This document shows, one piece after another, positions 39,746 to 49,412 of a DNA stretch of 64,000 bases. The stretch is taken from NCBI GenBank assembly GCA_008690995.1, contig VRMN01000001.1:3100001-3164000 (forward strand), read 5' to 3'. Position numbers and translations under genes: made by a program. The notes beneath the pieces are model-generated. The model worked only from the letters and a program-made list of their open reading frames with translations. It ran no database searches and was not told the origin of the DNA. Source of the stretch: Porphyridium purpureum (lineage: Eukaryota). How positions within the stretch are numbered: position 1 is the stretch's first letter; each line of letters starts with the position of its first letter.

Positions 39746-42268
39746 ATGGACGAAATCGCGGCGCTGCAAGCGCAGCTCGCGGCTGTACAAGCATCAGGGG
39801 GTGGCGCATCTTACCGGGTCTCGGACCGAAATTGTATCGAGCTGCTCAGCAAAGTGCAGGAGCTGGGGCTGGTCGACAAGCTCGTGTACACAAACTCGGG
39901 CCGGCTGGAATTCGTGACGCCACGGCGACTCAAGTTTGACGTGCATGATGAAGTCTTGATGCGAGGTGGGCGAGTGAACGTTACCGATCTCGCCCCTGCC
40001 CTCTGTGTTGACTTGCAACACATAGAAACGGTTTTGCCGGAAATTCTGGAGGAGAAGCGAGATGTGTACTCGTTCATCAACGGCGAGATCATTGCCGAGT
40101 ATTATCTCGATAGCGTGGTGGAAGAGGTGGTTGAAGATTTGCACGAATCTGCAGCGGGGATAAAATCGCTAGCCGATGTCGCAACAGAATTTGGCCTTCC
40201 AATCCAACTCGTTTCGAACGCGATTGGAAGCCCGTCACGACAGCACGTGCTTCATGGGATCAAGGTGGAAGGTGGCAGGTTGTATACCGACGGATACACT
40301 GCACGGTGCCTTGCACTCGTTCGCGGTACACTGTTGGCGGCCACGATGCCATTCACCGTCGGTGAAATTGCGGCCCATCTCTCCATTCGTTCTGCACTTG
40401 TTGCTCAGGAGCTGGAATCGCTAGTCAAAGATGGATTACTTGTTGGACAGACATCCGGCAGAGGTGGAGATAGGATGCTGTTCACGCCTGACACCTTTGC
40501 TGTGAGTCGAGAGCGCGCGGTCATGGCATTTTTCAAGGCGAATGGATATCTGGAATTTTCACGGATGAAGCAGTACATGATTGCGGACCCGCAAAAATAT
40601 GTTCATCATCTGGTCGGTGCAGATGCCGGAGTAGTGTTTGGTGATGTTTTTCTGGGCAACCAGATTTTAGAGCAGGCGCGTGCATCCCTCGAGGAAGCCA
40701 TGCAATCTGATTCATGGGTGGCCGCGGGAATGCTTTTCTCATTCGAATTAGACCAGGCCGTTATGTCGGACGTAATTTGTATGTTGGTCAGTAGCTGTTC
40801 CAGAGGGAAGACATCCAGTAGGCCAGCTGGAGAGGCTGATTCGGCGGCTTCAGAACCAGTAGCGAAAGGTACAAGCAAGAGTAAGGTCGAGAGAGCGAAG
40901 AAGGCATCCGCGCTGGTCTCAGATTCTCAAGACAAAGAAGCTGAAGGAGCAGCTCATGTAGTACTTGGTGGCAAATACGTCGTTAGTTCCTCGCTTGTAG
41001 ATCGTGTGCGTGATGCCTTTCGGAAGGACGCTGAGGAACGGGCGCAGCGCTTGGCAGTCAGTGGACAGCAGCTCGTGATGCCGATCTCGAGTTCACGACA
41101 AGACGCTCAAAACGCAGAAGTGACTGAGCCAAGCAAAGCAGCAAAGAAGAAAAAAGGTACTGGAAAGAAAGTCTCCAATGCCTCGCCTGGTATCCATAGT
41201 ACTGAAATCAACTTGGCGAGCAACCCTATTTTAGCACCTCCCTTGCGTGAAAAATGTATCGAAATGCTTGCAGAGCATGAGATTCTGTCCGCATCTTTTC
41301 AAGCCGACGTTTCCGGCTTTGAGCCCGAGGATGGTGATATTTTTGAGTTGCTCTTTGACGAATGCGTTGCACCGCTTATCGAAACAGTGTACCGGAAGGC
41401 ATTTGTGGCCGTGGTTGAGGAGTCGGAGCGAAAGAAACGAGTCCGAGACGAGCGTATCCAGCGCGCTGTCAGCGAAACGTTGTCACGCATTGAATTTTGC
41501 CAGAAAGGAATCCAAGCTTTACGCCTACCAGGCGAAACGGCCGCAGCGGCGAGCATCGCTGGCATTTTAACTCTGCACGCAAAGCGAACTCTCTGTGTTG
41601 ATTTGTTAACCATTTTGTGTCGCAAATCCAATGTTGACAGCGGGGTAGATGTCCTGGATGATCAAGATGACGGCGGGTACAACCCAGCCGCCTCTGGCAA
41701 TCGTTTCTCGCCAAGCCAGATTACGGAAAACATTTCCAAAATTCCAGTTCCTTGGAAGACCGCATTGACCAATCTATGGAAGCTCATCAAGTCGGACGAA
41801 AGGGGATCCTTGGACGAAATTATCTTTTCGTTTGATGAAGCAAGCGAGGTGCCGTTCGGTATGCCCAAGCATTTTCCACTTGACAAGAAGCGGGAACGCG
41901 CCCTTTTTGACTCATATTTGGAACATACAAATGCGATTATGTGCCAGACCTCGGCAGAGAGTCCTGCAAGAGAAATCCTTGTTCACGCTTCTGCATTGCT
42001 CTTGGCCAGGCTAGCATTGAAAGGGGGTACGTACTGGCTGGAGGTTCCGGAAGAGGGCGCGTATCCTTTGCTCACCCCTGCCGCCCTTGGCGCGTTGGCA
42101 GCTTCTTACCCAACGGCTCTTCCTCTCTTCGATGCAGCCGCAGCTTTGTCTCGCCGGCTCCAAGTGAAGGAGAGCGATGGCGGTGTGGACAATGATGTGA
42201 AAGACGCCGCCCACGCCGTTGTCGTGGCATATTGCGGAATGGAATCGCTCTGCTATGAGGAGCTCTGA
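39746..42268 (+). CDS. UFL1: E3 UFM1-protein ligase 1
   Basis: MDEIAALQAQLAAVQ...RVSDRNCIEL...GGRVNVTDL...LDKKRER match UFL1. Confidence 0.9.
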   Translation: MDEIAALQAQLAAVQASGGGASYRVSDRNCIELLSKVQELGLVDKLVYTNSGRLEFVTPRRLKFDVHDEVLMRGGRVNVTDLAPALCVDLQHIETVLPEILEEKRDVYSFINGEIIAEYYLDSVVEEVVEDLHESAAGIKSLADVATEFGLPIQLVSNAIGSPSRQHVLHGIKVEGGRLYTDGYTARCLALVRGTLLAATMPFTVGEIAAHLSIRSALVAQELESLVKDGLLVGQTSGRGGDRMLFTPDTFAVSRERAVMAFFKANGYLEFSRMKQYMIADPQKYVHHLVGADAGVVFGDVFLGNQILEQARASLEEAMQSDSWVAAGMLFSFELDQAVMSDVICMLVSSCSRGKTSSRPAGEADSAASEPVAKGTSKSKVERAKKASALVSDSQDKEAEGAAHVVLGGKYVVSSSLVDRVRDAFRKDAEERAQRLAVSGQQLVMPISSSRQDAQNAEVTEPSKAAKKKKGTGKKVSNASPGIHSTEINLASNPILAPPLREKCIEMLAEHEILSASFQADVSGFEPEDGDIFELLFDECVAPLIETVYRKAFVAVVEESERKKRVRDERIQRAVSETLSRIEFCQKGIQALRLPGETAAAASIAGILTLHAKRTLCVDLLTILCRKSNVDSGVDVLDDQDDGGYNPAASGNRFSPSQITENISKIPVPWKTALTNLWKLIKSDERGSLDEIIFSFDEASEVPFGMPKHFPLDKKRERALFDSYLEHTNAIMCQTSAESPAREILVHASALLLARLALKGGTYWLEVPEEGAYPLLTPAALGALAASYPTALPLFDAAAALSRRLQVKESDGGVDNDVKDAAHAVVVAYCGMESLCYEEL

Positions 42269-42403
42269 AGATTTGGAGTTTAGGAGATAATCCGTGAGAT
42301 ACTGTGACTTTGGCGGTCCTAGTCTCACGCTTTCAGACTTTGGTAGATTTGCTCCAGAGCAAGGCAAAACTTTGCGATCTCCCGTTCGAACTGTCGCAGT
42401 TTC

Positions 42404-43057
42404 TCATCGCTTACAGCCTCGTTCGATGCTTGCCGCGCGAGCTCTCAAGTGCAATTGGTCATCATAATCCGCTTCGTCGAATGATTTGCATATTGGCGAA
42501 GAAACGAAACGCGGGCGCGAAAGTTGGCCGTATCTTTTCCGACATGCCGCGCACACGAGCTCGCGCTCGCGTGACCGTCCGCGCCGCTCGCGGCGCTCGC
42601 ACGACGTCCGGGGCTGTTCGTTCCGACAGGTGTGAGGGACCGGCACCGAGGCGCACGAGTCGCTGCGCTCCAGTGGTCCAAAACTGGGCTCGCTCGTCAC
42701 TGAGTCTGAGCTTTCGTTGAGCCGGAGCCTGGCCGAACTGGGTCGCGATGAGCTGCTCGCCGAGTGGTGGTAGTAAAAGTGGACTGGCGACAAACTGCGC
42801 TCGCGCGTCAGACTGCGCTTGAGCGTCCTAGCCGACGATGGCTCGCACGCGGCCTCGGCAGACCCGCTGCTGGGCGAAAGCAAGGCGGACAACGCACGAG
42901 CGGCATGGTCGCCGAATCCGTTCGCCACTTGTGGACGAACGACCTGTGTGCTTCTCGGCAATGGCTGCGCGGCAAGTTGAGCCGGCCCGTTGTGATCTTC
43001 TCTTGCGCCTTGCGCGGGCTCGAACGCACGCCGGGTCGGTTTATCCTGCCTCGACAT
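42404..43057 (-). CDS. Orphan Arg/Ser-rich Cys-motif protein, tandem paralog 1
   Basis: Shares CRNE...ERRGRSRERELVCxACRKxYGQ with 44073..44723 and 46281..46907. Confidence 0.7.
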   Translation of the reverse strand: MSRQDKPTRRAFEPAQGAREDHNGPAQLAAQPLPRSTQVVRPQVANGFGDHAARALSALLSPSSGSAEAACEPSSARTLKRSLTRERSLSPVHFYYHHSASSSSRPSSARLRLNESSDSVTSEPSFGPLERSDSCASVPVPHTCRNEQPRTSCERRERRGRSRERELVCAACRKRYGQLSRPRFVSSPICKSFDEADYDDQLHLRARAASIERGCKR

Positions 43058-44072
43058 TTCTCGATCTGCCTGAAGCGGTCGTTTGTCGTGTTCATAAATC
43101 TTGTAGCAACGATTGATTTCCACTGGCGGAGCGCAGCACTGTAGCTTGTGTCCAAGTCGCTCTGTTCACACCGGGCTCACACGCATCTCCACCCGGCTTG
43201 GCATGACGCTTTCTATAGTAGTCGCGGAACGCACGAACGAGAGGGGCAGCGATTCCTTCAGAACAACCACCGTGAGAAAACGGCTGCCCGTCGACGCACG
43301 TCTGGATGGTAAGCGTCGTCAAGGTGTTGAAGCGGCGCAGCCTTGTTCACACGATTGATTCCCGTCCTGCCTGGAGAGGAGCAGCGCCATTCTAAAAATG
43401 CAACAGTAGGAAAAGTATGCGGCGCTGCCGACACACGGAGCCGGAACACGGCTGCCACCACAGCTCATCCGGAGGTATGACTTGTAGGCGTAGAAAGACA
43501 GGTAAAGGACAAAAAACGACCAAACAACCCAACAAACAAAACCAATCACCCTTCAAATTCTTAACGCTCGGGCGATACGATTCCATGAAAATATTGCTCG
43601 CGCCTGGCCTGAGCGAGAGGACCTCCTTTGGACATGCCCCGGAAATAGGGATTGATTCCTTACAATGCCAGACGCACGTCGGTCGCATGCTTTCCGATGA
43701 CTGCGAGACAGTGTGTAACACAAGGATGCTCGTTGCATACCGGCGGGTTTGTGGCCGTCCCTCGGCATCATGCCAAAGCAACACTGTGACGCACCAACCC
43801 TGATGGGTCGGTGGAGGGAGTGTCTGCCAGGAAGCCGTAGCAATAATGGAGAAGGCGTCCGCGTGGGACATGCTGAAGTCTGCCAGGCACGAATTCCGGC
43901 ACTGAGCTTGTCCACGATCGACACGGAATCGTGTCCGCTTCGTGCGATCCTACAACCACAGCTTGGTTCCGGTTTATTGTGAACCAAAGTGGATAGCCAG
44001 TTTGTGTGTGAAAGGTGACGATGGTTTCCGCGATGGCTCTGGTTGCGACTGGCCTTGTCGGCGTTCGGCAAC

Positions 44073-44723
44073 TTATTCAGTAATGTTGGTTCTACATCGA
44101 CTGGATTCTCTGCTCATTGTCGCTCGCGTCTCGGGTTCTCCGATCGGTGACACGTTCAGCTTTGTGCGCGACAGCTGGCCATAACTCTTCCGGCACGCAG
44201 TACAAACCAGCTCGCGCTCGCGTGACCGCCCACGACGCTCGTTCTGTTCACCATTTGCTTGAGAGTGCTCGTTCCGGCATGTTTGTGGCAATGTCATCGA
44301 GGCGCACGAGCCGCTTCGCTCAAAGGGAAGCAAGGCCGGCTCGAGGTCGAGATTCATACTTGCCACCGTATGAAAGCTGTCCGTTTGCTTGAACCGCAAT
44401 GAATTTGGCGTCGACGCGGTCCCTGCCGACTGGTGACTTCTATGATGAATGGGGGACTTGCTGCGGTCCTTCGTGCGGCTGCGCGGCAGTCCTTGTGTTG
44501 ATGAAGACTCTCGCAGTAACTCCATCGAACCCTGGCTGCCCGAGAGTGTCGCAGAGAGTGATCGAGCATTCTCGTCGCTGAAAGCGTTTGTTTCGCGGTT
44601 TGCAGGGGCTGGCATGCTGGTCGACAGCAGCTTTGCCAGGGCCCTTGCTTGTTGGTCGTCGTTTTCCGCCAGGTCGGGACCCGCTTCGGATGCCACCCGG
44701 GGTGGCACGCGCCGCCTGGACAT
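44073..44723 (-). CDS. Orphan Arg/Ser-rich Cys-motif protein, tandem paralog 2
   Basis: ATG-initiated MSRRRVPPRVAS; colinear with paralog 3. Confidence 0.75.
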   Translation of the reverse strand: MSRRRVPPRVASEAGPDLAENDDQQARALAKLLSTSMPAPANRETNAFSDENARSLSATLSGSQGSMELLRESSSTQGLPRSRTKDRSKSPIHHRSHQSAGTASTPNSLRFKQTDSFHTVASMNLDLEPALLPFERSGSCASMTLPQTCRNEHSQANGEQNERRGRSRERELVCTACRKSYGQLSRTKLNVSPIGEPETRATMSRESSRCRTNITE

Positions 44724-45062
44724 TTTGCTTTATGCCCTCGACTAATCACTTGAGCTTTCGCCTTTCGCGGAGACGTGGTGAGAACGTACTCGCAGGTTTT
44801 CACATGACTCTGTGCTGAGCGCGTTTTTGTCCCCAGGTTTGCTTTTCCCAGACCGGCGTCTGCACGTCTCCTTATAACCACAAACCGGACCTGCAGAGAC
44901 GAAGTATAAGATTCCACAGGGATCTTTTGGTGTTGGTGGCGACCTGTACACGTCAGAACAGCTCGAGAACTCACAACATAAGCGAAAGCCCACTACTTTC
45001 GAAGCGCATTATATCGAAAACCGGCGTTGTGGACGTCATACAGTAAAACCGTGGATAAAAAT

Positions 45063-45112
45063 CAAGCCAGCCCAAGCCAGCTCAAGCCAACTCAAGCCAA
45101 CTCCAGCCAACA
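45063..45112. repeat. Degenerate 10-bp tandem repeat (CAAGCCARCY)x5
   Basis: caagccagcc caagccagct caagccaact caagccaact ccagccaaca. Confidence 0.8.
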
Positions 45113-46280
45113 GCGGTCGGCTCAAAATGAGTTCTCGCTTTGCCCACGTTGCGCAGGGAATTGTGATTGGCTCTAGCGTGGTTACACATGGCAGGCTTCT
45201 TGCGCGTTGTCCAAGGCCTTGTGTGCCAAAGGGAAGAGGAATATGGTCATCACCGACTTTTGCTTCTGTAATTCTACTCCTGAGAGGCAACCATGCGCTC
45301 GTTGCAAACCACGTTCCACAGAGATAAAGATCGAGCTCGCGCTGCGGATCACGTCGTACATTTAGCAGGAGCGTCAGACTGGAACGACGTGTGCGAATGA
45401 GAGGGTGTGTACGGAGATGAAGGTTGACGCTTGGAACACGTGGCCGCGACGGGGCACGGATGGGTTTTGTCCGGCACCAACAACATCTTCAGACGTGGCG
45501 ACATGGGACGCTGCTGGTAGGTGTGTGTGGAACCGGCATATTTGTGCGACTGTTCCACAAGTCCTGACGCTAAGTCTGTAAAGAGGCAGCAGTTTGCCCT
45601 GCCTTTCTTGTGGAACGGTTGGCATGGACGGGCCTTTGGGCGCACACTCTGCGCTTTCGGAGCCGCGCATACAGCCTTTCCACATTCTTCACCCCGAAGT
45701 CATCTTACAATCCCAAAATCTTTACAGAGAATTCAATCAGTATGACACGCTAGCGTGGGCACACTTTGCTTGCAGCGAGATGGACCAAAGCATCCCGCTC
45801 CTATCCAAAACCGCCGTGTCCCTTCATCATGCATTTGCACGAGACGAGAACTTTCAAAGCCACACAGCTGACGTGTGAGTGACAACTGCCAAACCCAATC
45901 GTACTGAATGCATTGGCATCGCGAACGCGTCTGGCTGTGATCAGAGCAAGAAAATCAGTTGTCCTGACGGGGCTGTCAGAAAGAAAGAGCGCCCGATCGC
46001 ATCGCGGTACGTCGCACGGAGCAACTGCAGAAAAACCTTTTCGGCGGCCCCAAAAAGATCGTGCGCTCGCAGATTCCGACGAAAATAGCACAAAACTCCC
46101 GGCTAGCGTCTGTCACGCGCGCTCCGCTCGAATCTGCAGCGACGCCAAGATACCAATTTGAGTGCGTCTGGTACTCAAAATATCTTGCCTCAGGCAGGAA
46201 AGCGTCGGATGCCTGTTCTCGCGTCCGGTGGGCCGGTCGCTCGGTGGCCTTTGTTGTTATTCGATGCATTAGAGTCTGAC

Positions 46281-46907
46281 TTAATCCTGTTCTCTCTTCA
46301 GTCTGGCACGTATTTCGAGGTCCCGAATGGGTGAAACATGCAGCCTGGTGCGCGACTGCTGACCATAGCTCTTTCGACAAGCGGTACAGACCAGCTCGCG
46401 CTCGCGCGACCGCCCACGACGCTCGTCTTCTTCACAAGGTGCTACAGACTGCTCGTTTCGGCATGCATGTGGCACCGACACCGAAACACTCGAGCAGCTG
46501 CGCTCAAAAGGATGCATGGTTGGCTCAAGATCGAAATTCATACTCGTCACCGAGTTGAAGCTGTCCGTCAGCTTGAGCCGCACTGAATTTGGGGTCGACG
46601 CGGATCCTGCCGAGTGTTGGCTTCTGTGATGAATGGGGGACTTGCTGCGGTCCTTCGTGCGGCTGCGCGGTAGTTTCTGTGTTGAAGGAGACTCACAGAA
46701 AAAGTTCTCGGACCCGTGGCTACCCCAGATCAGCGCAGACAGTGATCGAGCATCTTCGCCGCTGAAGGCGTTTGTTTCGCGAGTGGCCGGGGCTGGCATG
46801 CTGGTCGACAGCAGCCTTGCCAGAGCTCTTGCTTGCTGGTTGTCATTATCCGCTATGTCGGGACCCGCTGCGGATGCGACTCGCGGTGGTACGCGGCGTC
46901 TGGACAT
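46281..46907 (-). CDS. Orphan Arg/Ser-rich Cys-motif protein, tandem paralog 3
   Basis: Same MSRRRVPPRVAS start as paralog 2; reading frame preserved with many third-position differences. Confidence 0.75.
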   Translation of the reverse strand: MSRRRVPPRVASAAGPDIADNDNQQARALARLLSTSMPAPATRETNAFSGEDARSLSALIWGSHGSENFFCESPSTQKLPRSRTKDRSKSPIHHRSQHSAGSASTPNSVRLKLTDSFNSVTSMNFDLEPTMHPFERSCSSVSVSVPHACRNEQSVAPCEEDERRGRSRERELVCTACRKSYGQQSRTRLHVSPIRDLEIRARLKREQD

Positions 46908-48908
46908 TTTCTTTTTCTCCCCGTATCCTCTGCGTCGTAGTTGCGTGATTCCGTTCGTAGGTCTTCGCGTCAAACCGTGTTCATCGTCGAACGTCACCTG
47001 CCTTTGAAACACCCGCTGGCCTCCTTCTATATCGCTTTGGGACCGCCGGAAGGAATTTGTGCAGCCGCCAAGCCACTTGCTCACAGCTTGTCGAATGCGT
47101 GGTGTGCGACAGCCTCGCAAAGGGACGAATCTGGCGGCGTCCAGTAGACCTCCCTGAGCCAAGCAAATCGTCCAAGCAGGCATCGCGCGAGTGCACGCAA
47201 GGACGCTGCGTCACGGGGGCCGTACGAGATGCCAACACGTGTGGACGCGAAAGATTGTCTTTCCAGCGGCACACGCACCGATTCGGATTCACGGCTTTGT
47301 ACGCTGCCCCGTCCGGACGAACACTTACACGTTGTTGCTATTGTAAAGCGTTGGTCATTCTTCGTCGCTCTGGAACGCCACGATTCTCGAGGTGCCTTGA
47401 CCAGCAGCAACAGCGTTTCGTAGAAATGCAGATGACTCCACATTTCTTTCCTTTTCATCCGAGTTTGCACGTGTTACAACGACCATGAGGGGAATATAAA
47501 GTACAAGACAAAGGGCGAAGAAAGAACCGGCAAAACGGCTGCACGGACGTGCGTCTTTCGTGCAAGTTGAATTGCCTTGGGATCAGAATTCTCACGCACA
47601 CAATCAGCACTCCGCAGTTGTTGATTGCGAGGATGAATCATCCGTTGTCCTCTCTAAGAAAGTAGTAGCGAGCGTCCTGCTTGCAAGGATCGGCGGCGCG
47701 GCGAAAAATACATGCCAATAGCGCTCGGATGGCCTGGCGGTGAATCCTTGGGAGTCCTGACATGTGCGCGGATATCGATTGTCTTCGGTCGCTGTGGGCC
47801 AAGCCAACACGACGGTGCATGGATTGCGACAGTCCCACGTACAGTGCCTTCCTCTTACTCCGCGCTCAAACGCTTTCCTACGGGTTGCACGTTGGACGTC
47901 TCCCGAGTCCTTGCGCAAGCTTTGGTTCCAGCTTGGGAGGACGGTGGTCATGTCGAGGATCGGGGTGCCAAATTTGTGCACGTGGCGATCACTCTTTGGC
48001 GTGGGCAGAATCTCGTTTTGTTCAAGCAGGACGATCGAGCTTCGCTTCATGGCCTCTCCTCGTGGCGAAGGCCGTTCTGCATGCGCGCGCACGATCGCTT
48101 CGGGCTAAGTCGGTATCTACGCGCGTGTAAGTTTGTTTATGTGTTTGTCCGGAGCCTCTGCCGAGCCGGTAAGGGTTCGATTGGTCCTGGTTTCCCGTCG
48201 CACTCATGCGGCATGGCAACACCCATTGCATCTTACTGGCCACCCATGAAGTTGTCGTTCCGGGCGGCAACTCATCGTGATGTTTGCAGATCTGCAATGG
48301 ACTAACTCGGGAAGCCCAGGAGGCGAGATCCAGAGTTGGGGGCACTACTCCCGCCCGTAGCAGAAGTCATCAGCTTCCAGCTGTGTGAGCCCTTGATTGG
48401 CAACTTTCCTTAATTTGGGCTCTGCGAGTCATGCGGTCGCTTCGCCGGTGCAGGATTAAAACTCTCCGGTCCCGCCCGATCACGGCACAGTAGTTTCATT
48501 GGATGTTGCCGCCACGCACGAAGTTCAAGAGTCGAAGGGCACCATCCATCGCGAGAGCGTTGAAAGCGCAAGAAAAACAAAATCGGCAACTCGGCGTCGA
48601 GACCTTCACGCAGAAACGTTCAGCGGCCAGCACCAGATCTTTCAATACAAAGCTCCCACACCCGACGCGAGAACTCCTTGCGCTAGCCACCCAGCGGCCC
48701 ACCACAGAGGCCATTGCGTGGAACGCCGAGCCAGAAACGTGACACGATTTTGAGCACGAAACTTTGGGAGCGTATCACACCGGGGAAACCGGAAAGCGTG
48801 GAGGATTCAGACGCGTGTTCCTGTGGTGCGACGACGGAGGGAAGGATCGCGGAGGGACGGAGAACACAGCGTTGCGACGAGAAAGACGCTGCGCCCGATC
48901 CCATCGTT

Positions 48909-49340
48909 ATGAAGGGTGCAGAGCGGTTGGAACGGGAGTTCCAGGGCGCCCTCGAGGAAATCGAGCGCTCGGAGATCCGGCCGCGACAAAAGGCGACGTA
49001 CATGTGCGCGGCCAAGTGTTGCGATGTGGCTAAGAGCCAAAATGAGCTGGCAAACTGCACCAACCGGTGCAGCACGCAGCTAACGTTTGCGCAACAAGTT
49101 GTCGAGGCGCATGTAGGTCAGCTGCAGGCTCGACTGGAGCGCTGCTCGGCGCGCTGCCAGGACATCGCCACAGAACGATTTGGAGGACAAGGGGCGCCGG
49201 ATGCCGAGGCGCGCGATCACGCGCAGAAAACATTTGACACGTGCGTGGATGCGTGTGCAGAAGAGACGCTACAGCTCCTGAAGCGCACGCACCAAGACAT
49301 CACTCGTGATTTGGCGTCGAGCTCGTCGACACGAACATAG
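48909..49340 (+). CDS. FAM136A: FAM136A/DUF842 family Cys-rich protein
   Basis: IRPRQKATYMCAAKCCD...CTNRC...QARLERCSARCQD...CVDAC twin CX3C pattern. Confidence 0.88.
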   Translation: MKGAERLEREFQGALEEIERSEIRPRQKATYMCAAKCCDVAKSQNELANCTNRCSTQLTFAQQVVEAHVGQLQARLERCSARCQDIATERFGGQGAPDAEARDHAQKTFDTCVDACAEETLQLLKRTHQDITRDLASSSSTRT

Positions 49341-49412
49341 GAACTTGTTTGGTAGCGGCCGGCGGCGGGCCGGCTTATAGAATACACACTCTTTATCCGA
49401 ACTTTCTGAAAT

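Noticed and set aside
47638..47860. Minus-strand peptide KALYVGLSQSMHRRVGLAH resembling a GIY-YIG motif
   Set aside because: Short, bounded by stops, with no upstream GIY motif and no RT or other element hallmarks; likely chance.
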